From contig NC_133620.1 in the NCBI RefSeq assembly GCF_048593235.1, positions 373,393,261 to 373,457,260 on the forward strand: a DNA stretch of 64,000 nt, in the 5' to 3' direction. Below, piece after piece: positions 55,896 to 64,000 of this stretch (positions are counted from its first letter, which is position 1; each line of letters begins with the position of its first letter). A program made the translations under genes and the position numbers. This DNA comes from Sminthopsis crassicaudata (taxonomy: Eukaryota). The notes under the pieces were generated by a model. That model had not been told where the DNA came from. It searched no databases and worked only from the letters and a program-made list of their open reading frames with translations.

Positions 55896-58699
55896 TTACC
55901 CACTTCTCAGTAACCCATTTTTGCATGAAAATTCTTCTATTCCTAAATTTGGACACATACATGTTATGTACATATGATCTTCATGCTGATGTTTGTATGT
56001 ATATAGATCCAAGTCAAATGCATATCTCCTTATTAGGACTTACACACTTCTGAATATACATCTTAGTGTCAGGAGATAGTTGTGCTTCTCTTCTTGTTGG
56101 AACACATGTCTCCATATTATGACACACATGTGATTGTGTATTGGTAAGCATGTGTGGGTCCTGTGATAGAGGTGCAGAGCCTGTGAATATTTCATGCCCA
56201 GAGCTGGCGGCTGCCTCTCCTGCTTACACTCTTGCCTGCTCTTCTCTGTCTCCAGCGCCTGTGTTTATTTGTTTAATGAATTATTTATCCATAGCCCCCC
56301 CTTCCCCCTAACCTCCCCCTCCCCCAGGCCCCAGCCTCTATGATTTATTGAACACGGCTCAGCTCTGCGGTTGCCACCCGCTGTCCCAGGAGCTGCCTCT
56401 GGCCATGCCAGCCAGAGAGCTTCTCTTTCCCATAGACCTGCTCACCTCCTTGTGACTCTAGGCACAAGCTGGGAGATCACTACAAGCAGAATCTCACTAT
56501 TCTAGGTAGGAAGTCAGGAAAATGGGAGAATGCCTTGAAGGTTTTGGAGTCAGGAAGGGTGGAAAGAATACCTGAGGATTGTTGAGGGAGATGCTCTAAT
56601 AGCTAGATGCCCAGACCTTATAGAGAAAGTCTTAGATCTTGGAGAAGGCTGAAACTACAAAGAAGGACCTAACTTAGTTAATCATGGGACCAGGCCCAAG
56701 GAAATCTCCAATCTCACAGAGAGATATTAAACTCCATGGCAATGAGCCCAATCCCTAGAGAGAATTCAACCCCTATAGAAAAAGGCCTTCTTCCTCTCCT
56801 CTCTATCATTGGAAGAGATGAAATTAGGAGTAAGGAGAGAAGTGAAGCTCCATTGCTGAAGGTCTTGGACTCCTGAGAGGTAAGCTATATAACAGCTGGC
56901 AGCTGTTAACAAAAAAAGAAGAAAAAAAAAAAGACAATGTCTTATTGCCACAATATTTTAGTATTTACAAAATGGTCTCCCCCTAACAATCCTTCAAGGG
57001 AGGTCATGTAAGCATTATTACCATTTTTATTTTTATTATTTATTATCACTATGCAGAAAGAAACTGAGGGCCAGAGAAATACCTAGTCCATGGCACCCAG
57101 CTAGTAAGTATAACTGACAAAACTTGAATTCAGGTCTAATTCCTGGTCCAGTTCTCCTTCCATTATAGCCATCTGTCTTGGGAAAAACTATAAGAAGTTC
57201 TCAGGAGAGGGAAGGGGAGGCTGTTTGTGAAGTTCCCTCCAAATCACCCCAAGGGGCCTAATTTATCTTCTGATTTCTTAGGAGGGAGAGGAGATCCCCT
57301 AGAGGTAAGGGAGAGTCCAGGGACAACACTGTCAGCTCTTGCCTGCTTGCTGGGCAGCAACTGGGCACAGTGCCCATTCTGGTTGGCACTGCCTACCAGG
57401 CACTTATGGAAGGCACGTGATTCACACACCCTGATCCTGACGCTTTTTAATTGTGGGCATCAGGGTCAGGAGTATCCATGTGTGCCTATTTCTTGGGATA
57501 GCTGGGAATAGTGCCAGCTCCTGTGTGCACAGGGGTATGCCTAGGTTTCTAAGAACCATATCACCTCACCCACTAGCCCGAGTCTCCCCATAAGGGGAGT
57601 GGGGCATATCCTTATTCCACATTCTTCATTCTTCTTCCTGACTTTAGGGTTAAAGAAAGGGAGAGAAGAGGAAAAGGAAGAAAAGGGGGAGAAATGGAAG
57701 AGCAGGGTAAACAGAAGTGTGTGCCAGCTGTGGGCATGTGTTTCTGTTTTTTGTGTTAGAGGAACTGTATGTCTCAGCATAATTGCGTGTACAGGGACTG
57801 TGTTAAAAAACCTGATTTGTGGCCTATGCTCTGCCCTTTGTGCGTCTGCATTTGGGTGCCTGTGAGTGTGTGTGTGTGGAAAGTCCAGGTACCACTGGAG
57901 GGGGGAGCCCAAGGGGCCTGTGTCAGAGTAAGACTAACTACTTGGGTGTCCCTTCTTAATGACGCCTTCTGCATGTTTTAGGAATTGCCCCTGGACTCTG
58001 ACTCAGAATGGGTCCTGTTGAGCTTAGAGCTCCCTCCTCCTTTCCCATCACTACTGTACCCCTTTGCCTAGTCAGAGGGGTCTCCTCTCCTCAATCCTAG
58101 CATTCCTGGGACCCCAGTGACCCTTAGCTTACTGGCCTCCCCTATCCCACCCCTGCACCTCCTGCCCATCTGTCTGAGAAAGGCCACCAGCTCACCAGCC
58201 CTTCGGCCCCTGGGGCCAGCCAATGGCATGTAGCAACTTCTCCTGGGCCAGGGTGTCTGCCCACCGTCCTCCCTATATTTTGCCTCTCCCCTCTAAGGAT
58301 AGGCAAGGGGAGAAAACAGAAAGGGGAGGATTGTAGATATGTAAAGCGCCTTGCAAAGCTTAAAACTCTATAAAGGAGTAAGCTATCATTGCTGTGGTGG
58401 CCGATTTTGTTGCTCTGCTTCTCTACGTCCTCAAAAGACATCCGTCTCCCATTCCCAGTCATTTCCTAGGTTAGAGACCTTGGGGTTTTCTCCGGCCCTC
58501 CCCACCCCCCCCCCACCCCCCCCCCCCGCACTCAGATCTTCCAATTTAGCAGAGGGACAAACTGCTCAGTCTTAGGGCTGAAGCTTGAATTAGCTCAGAC
58601 CCACCCAGTCCCGGAGGGGAGGAGAGAGTCCTGGCTTCTAGCCTCCCAATCTCTTCCCTTGGGGAATTCCTTTTTGGAAGCGGAGGTCTGTAAACCCTT

Positions 58700-59700
58700 T
58701 TGGTAGCATCTCAAATCGAGGTAGGGGAAGAGGAGGAGGAGCATGAGCGCGTTCCCGAGAGGGGAGGGAAGCCCGGGTCTCCATCTCCCACGCGCCGCGC
58801 GAGCCCGGGCGGGGAAGGAGAGGGGCGGGGCCTTTGGGTGGGTGGGCGCGCGCCGGGGGCGGGGCGTCGGGGGCGCGCCGGGCGAGCGGAGGGGGAAGGG
58901 TGGGGGCGTGGCCTAGGGCTCGGGGGCCGGCGGCGGCGGCGGCGGCAGCAGCAGGGAGCTGGGAAACGGAGAAGCGGGGAGCGGAGCTCAGTCGGGGGGC
59001 GGCGGCGGCGGCGGCTCCGGGGATGGCGGCGGCTCCGCTGCTGCTGCTGCTGCTGCTGGTGCCCGTGCCGCTGCTGCCGCTGCTGGCCCAGGGGCCCGGG
59101 GGGGCGCTGGGGAACCGGCATGCGGTGTACTGGAACAGCTCCAACCAGCAGTGAGTCCGAGGGAACCCGGGGACCCCGGGGAGGGCGGGGGTTCGGAAGA
59201 AGCTAGGGCCCGGAGAAGGGCAGATCGGGAGGCGCCGGGGGCAATCTTGGAAGATGGGGGTGAGGGGCATCAGGAGTCTAGGAGGGATGCAAAGAGAGGC
59301 CTGGGAGGGGGGGTCGGAGTAGGTCGGAAAGAAGGGGGCGCTGGAGACATTGGGGGGCGCGCGGGGTGGAGAAGCCTGGAGAGCAGGGCATCGGGTTCTT
59401 GGGATGCGAGCGCTGGAGAAATCGGGGCCGGTTCGTAGGGAGGGAGGGAGAGGGCGCTGGGGGCGTCTGGGAAGACTCAAGGGGAGTATCTGAGGGCGCT
59501 GATTTAGGAGGTTGGGGAGCAGTAGCGTAGGGGGATGTGCTAAGGAAGCTGTTCAGATCCCGGAACCCCTTTCCCTCTCCATTTCTCCCGGCACCACACA
59601 GCGGGAGTCGCACGCCCCCGTCCTACATCCCCACCCTCCTTCCCCGCCCCCGCGCTTGGTCAAGGGGCCCGGATTTGGGGGTGTCTGGGAAGCCCTGGAA
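58700..59700. promoter_or_regulatory. CpG island: EFNA3 promoter
   Basis: GC boxes and (GGC)n runs upstream of the ATG at 59023. Confidence 0.85.
59023..59150 (+). CDS. EFNA3: Ephrin-A3 exon 1 (gene continues past the window end)
   Basis: MAAAPLLLLLLLVPVPLLPLLAQGPGGALGNRHAVYWNSSNQ ca|gtgagt. Exon 2 was not found before 64000. Confidence 0.96.
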
Positions 59701-61459
59701 GGAGAGACCAACTTAGGGAAGGCAGATTTCAGAAGGCCATTGACCTGTTTTTATTTAGGAGGATGTTTCAGAGCCATGTTTGGGGTTCTTTCTGTCTCAT
59801 CTCTTCAAAGTGGGGGGCGAGGGACGGGGGGGGGGGTTGAGTTGTCTCTATCTTTGAATCTTCCCGAGAGGACAGGAAAAATGTGTGTTATGGTGTCTAT
59901 GTGAATGTCAGCTTCTGAGTGTGTGGGTTGTGTCGCTGACTTGGGGTACCTTGCCTGGACTCGCTGTTCGCTCTAGAATGAGAGCTGTGGGGCAATGGAA
60001 AGATAGAGAGATATGGAGGATGAAGCGTTGGGGAGGGGGGGCTGTCATGTCACAAACACACTCAGCTTGGAGATGGTGTGTGTGTGTGTGTGTGTGTGCC
60101 TCTAAGTGTGAGCGGGCGTGCGCCGCTGTCAATGTGCGTGTGTCTGAGTGTGTGATTTGTGTGTCTGCGTCGACGATGGTGTCTGGGGGTAGGGTGGGGG
60201 TGATGGCAGGAGGGGGCTGTCAGCCTGTTGGGGAAGGGGCGGTCAGGGTCCATTTAGGGATGTGTGTGGAGAATGGAAGTGTGTGGTTATGCCTGAGTTC
60301 GTGCGGTTGTCAGTGTCTCGGTCTCCGGGATACGTGTGTGGTACGTCTGGGTCAGGTTGTGTATGTTTTCCTCGGGTGTGTATGCTGGGCGTTTGTGGTT
60401 GTGTGTTTCGGCTGGGCTTGTCACTGTGTCTGCTGTGCCCTGGCTATTCATCTTCGTGTGGTTGTGTGGCCCGGTTCTGTATGTCAGTCCTTGCTTCTCC
60501 CTCACTCTTCGCTGCCCTTGTTTCCTCCTCCCCACGGAGCTACTGTGTGTATCGCCCTCCCTTCTTCTGAGTGTTGAGTGTGTATGTGGGGGTGGGGGGT
60601 CTGTCCCTAGGGGCGCGAGGGGGGGGAGAAAGTATAAGGGGAGCTCACTGTCACACCTGCCTGGGCGGCGACGCGAGAAGCTCTGGATATTACCCCCCCC
60701 CCGCCCAAGGGAAGAGGATGGCTTGGGGAGCAAACCGTAATGCCCTAGAGGGAGGGGGCCCTGGAGAGCAGAGCAGTCCCGACCCCCAACCTCCCAGGGG
60801 AGGGGCTGCCTCGCGCGGCTTCGTTCTTTGTTGTTTTGGGCTCAGCGGCTCCCCCTCCTCCTAGCGCCCGGAGTGTCAGACTGGGGGGTGGGGTGGGGAT
60901 GAGCCAACACCCCCCCCCACAATCTTGGAAATCTGAAGTGGTGGAGCATTTGTCTAGGCGTGCCCCCTCCCCCAGCGAGAAAGGGAGCGCTCCTAAGGGC
61001 TAGAGGAAATGATGGGGGGATAAGATGGCTCCCCCTCCCCACTTTTCTCTTCTCTCCCCCACCCCTGGGCACGCACGCCTCTCCGCCCCTCTAGAGTCTG
61101 GTGGAGAGTCGGGAGCGCGTTGGTAAGGGGGCTCTCGGGTCTTCCAGCTGCCCTTAAGGGCCCGCCCGCTTTGAAAGGAGATGGTAATGGTGGGGGGACG
61201 CAGGATGTGATCCTAAAGGGTTGGTGGTGGGAAGGTCAGGGCCTCCCCCACCTGAGTACAGGTAATAATTCCAGGAAGGGAGTGGGGGCGATTTGGGCTG
61301 AGGTGGGGAGCTCTCCCCTTGGCTGCTCTGAATTGAAGAGTGTCGGGTGAGGAGGGGAACGTGTCCTAGGGGCGAGGAGGGCACCGCCCCCCCCTCCTTG
61401 CTTCCCTCGGCCTTTGTTGCCGCTGCGCCCGGGCTCCCCGGCTCCCTCACTGCGGCAGC

Positions 61460-61830
61460 CGCGGCCCCATAAATCGTGAGAGCGACGTGCTCCGGAGCCG
61501 GGAGAAGAGAGGGCCGGGGAGCTGGGGGCGGGGAGCAGGAGAGCTTGGGGGCGGGGCCCTACTGAGCCACAGGCTTCCACCCCCCCCACCCCCACCCCCA
61601 CTCACACCCCCCCACCTCCACCCGGGGTCACGTGGGGAGGGGCTTCATTTGCCACCCCCGGATCACGTGGGAAGGGTCTCTGGCCCCCTTGGGGGTCACG
61701 TGGGGAGGGCCCTTGCTATCCCGCCCCCTAGAGGTCACGTGGGAAGGGTCTTTATATCCACCCCCTCTTCAGTTTCCCCCCCCTTCAGTTAAGTTAAGAG
61801 GGTCTGTCACCTAATGAGGTCACGTTGGGG
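61460..61830. promoter_or_regulatory. E-box/HRE tandem array in EFNA3 intron 1 (candidate internal promoter or enhancer)
   Basis: TCACGTG-GG with the CACGTG at 61629, 61664, 61697, 61736; CACGTT at 61821; GACGTG at 61484. Confidence 0.6.
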
Positions 61831-64000
61831 GTGGGCAGCCAGGGGGCAAAGAGGCACACGTTTCTAGGTCCAAAAGCCTTTTATATATGTGCCCCATAGT
61901 GGGGGCACAGTCTGGCCAGAGGCTGCACCTGCTGGGCAGACTGGCCAAAGTGAAGAGGGCTATGTGTAAAGGGTATGGAAGTGGAGGGCGGTAAGAGGAG
62001 ATGGAAGGGACCTAGATTGTGGGCTAGCCCACAATTGTGGGTTGTTGGTAGCCCACAATCCCAGGAATTGAGGAGTTTGGCAGAGGACAAGGCTGGGGTT
62101 CTCTGGGTCTCCTATCCTTGTGCGTGTGTAGCTCCGGTCTCTTGGCTTTCCAACCCTGCCAATTTCTTGGTCTGTGTCTATTAGTATCTCACACCGAGCT
62201 TGTCTCTTTCTCTGCCTTGGTTTCGGTCTCTCCACCTTTGCCTACGCTTCGGTTCCGATTTCTGCCTCTGTTCTCTGCTTGCGAACCTCTGCCTCGCTCG
62301 GGCTCTTCTCCTATGTCCCTGGCAGCTTCCCTCGCTGTGCCACTGTCTTTGCTTCTGTTCCTGTCTCTCCTGTCTCTGACTCTCTGCTTCAGTCTCTGTG
62401 TGTCTCTCCGCTCCTCTCCGCCGCTGCAGATCAATAAACCTTCGCCGCCGCCGCTGCTGTCGCAGGGAGGAGGGGGCGGTGGGGGGCGGGCGGTGCTAAT
62501 TCTCCGCCCCCAGTCGGGGTAGGGGGAAGTCCGGGGCATAGACCCGGCGCTGTGAGGATGGGAGGGAGGCGAGCCTTTGCAGGGAAGAGGTTCTTCACGG
62601 TCTCCCGGGGATCTGGGGCCTTTCTATTGGGATGCTCCCGCGGGGATGTTGGGACGACCCAGGGTGGGGTGGGTTGGATAGGAGGGCGCCTAAACGTGCA
62701 CGCGCGCCCAAGGGAGCGTTCTCGCCCCCTCTCTTCTCCCACCCGGGAGAACGCGCAGACCCCCACGTCGCGCGCACGTGGCCCAAGCCTCTACCTGCTG
62801 TATGGAAAAACTGAAAGCGCTGCTGCGGGAGCGCGCAACGGAGCCGGCGCTCCAATGCCTAACGCCGGAGTAGGCAGATGAGAGAGCGACGTTTTGGTAT
62901 TCCTTCTCTCTTTCTTTAGTCGCCCTATTTCTCAGCTCCTCCCCTCTGCACCCCAGAGTTCTTCTTTGCTATTATGGTGGGGGCGTGTAGGGAATTTAAC
63001 AAGTCCCCAGGCATCCTCTTGGCCCCCTCTCGCCTCGCGCAGCCCAGCCTGGCCTCGTTAGATGCCCTGTTTGTGCATCCCTAATTGCCCCGAGGGGAGA
63101 GACCCAAGCCTCTCCCATCCCGCCACTTCCCTCTGGGGGCATCTTAGTGTTTTAGTGTGAGGGCGGGGCCACAGCTTGAAAGTCAGAATGCTTGAGTCTC
63201 TCAGTCCCTAATCTGATGAGGGGACGGTCAGTACTCTAGAGGTGGCCATGGAGTTGGGCAGGCGATAGAGGGAGTGGTCCGCAAGCTGGTTTATAGCTCT
63301 AAGTAAAGGGATAGAAGGTGATGCTGGAGTAGTGATGGAGAGGTGGAAAGTAGAAAGAAAAAAAGTATTCTCTGGATATGACCAGAGACCTGCGTGGTTG
63401 AAATAATGGGGTGAGAGGTAGTATAGCAAGAGGGGACTGTGCCTAGCCTTGATCTGAGAGGGGGAGGTGAGAGGTACCGGGCTAGGAGAACCCAATGTTG
63501 GGGCTCTCGGTGTTCATGGAGGAAAGAGAAGAGGAAAAAGTGGAATAAAAACAATTGGTTTTAAGGCGCTCGGGTCTGGGTCCCTCTTCCCCGCCTACAC
63601 ACCAGGCTCCCTTGAGGGCTTAGTTTAGCTTCTTTGGGAACTGGAAGGGGGTAGTCAAGGCAGTTCCCCTCCCCACAACCCTGGGAAGGGAGTAGGACTG
63701 ACAGTTTCAATTAAAGTGCTGAATTAAATCCTACGCCTCCCTGGCGTAGCGGCTGGGGAAGCCTGGCACCCGCCCCTCCCCCACCAGATGCCAATTGGAC
63801 ACAAATCTTTGACAGGGAGACTGTGATGGGCCCACTGCCCACTTGGTGGGGATGGGGGGGAGGAAATTTAGGGAATATTTTGAACGAGATTTACATTCTA
63901 TCCCATTCTGTATAAGGGGAGCTAACTGCTGCTGCTTAGGTCCCCTTTTATAAGGCTCTCATTGCCAGCTCCACTAATTAAGATGAGGCACCTGAAGAGT

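Noticed and set aside
58638-60577. 280-aa (-) and 230-aa (+) ORFs at EFNA3 exon 1 and intron 1
   Set aside because: Antisense to the CpG island and translated from TG-rich low-complexity sequence, respectively.
62421-62440. ctgcag followed by AATAAA (62433) in EFNA3 intron 1, resembling a tiny terminal exon
   Set aside because: Followed by GC-rich sequence with no U/GU-rich downstream element; more likely a homeodomain/CUT-type site (ATCAATAAA) or chance.

Overview
Vertebrate gene-dense locus syntenic with human 1q21-22. Gene order: ZBTB7B (+), DCST2 (-), DCST1 (+), ADAM15 (+), EFNA4 (+), then the first exon of EFNA3 (+). The SINE complement (MIR/Mar1-like and WSINE1-like copies) points to a marsupial, probably Australian; this is inferred from recalled repeat consensus. 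I reconstructed all coding exons by hand with GT-AG boundaries and consistent phases. Resulting proteins: ZBTB7B 528 aa (2 coding exons), DCST2 757 aa (15), DCST1 706 aa (16), ADAM15 880 aa (22), EFNA4 198 aa (4 exons) or 218 aa (5), and EFNA3 exon 1 only. No prokaryote-type system (CRISPR, operon, IS element) is present. The strongest unexplained signals are: (1) a phased, same-strand array of about 11 POU octamer-like sites just downstream of ZBTB7B; (2) two in-frame 60-nt candidate cassette exons that I do not recall from human models, one in the ADAM15 cytoplasmic tail and one in the EFNA4 spacer; (3) a tandem E-box/HRE array in EFNA3 intron 1; (4) ancestral-looking ADAM15 features (RGD loop, GGSVDSG linker, possible intron loss); (5) an interlocked bidirectional polyadenylation cassette between ZBTB7B and DCST2; (6) a roughly 1-kb solo-LTR-like insertion in DCST1. 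All comparisons with human or mouse proteins are from memory and need an alignment to confirm.
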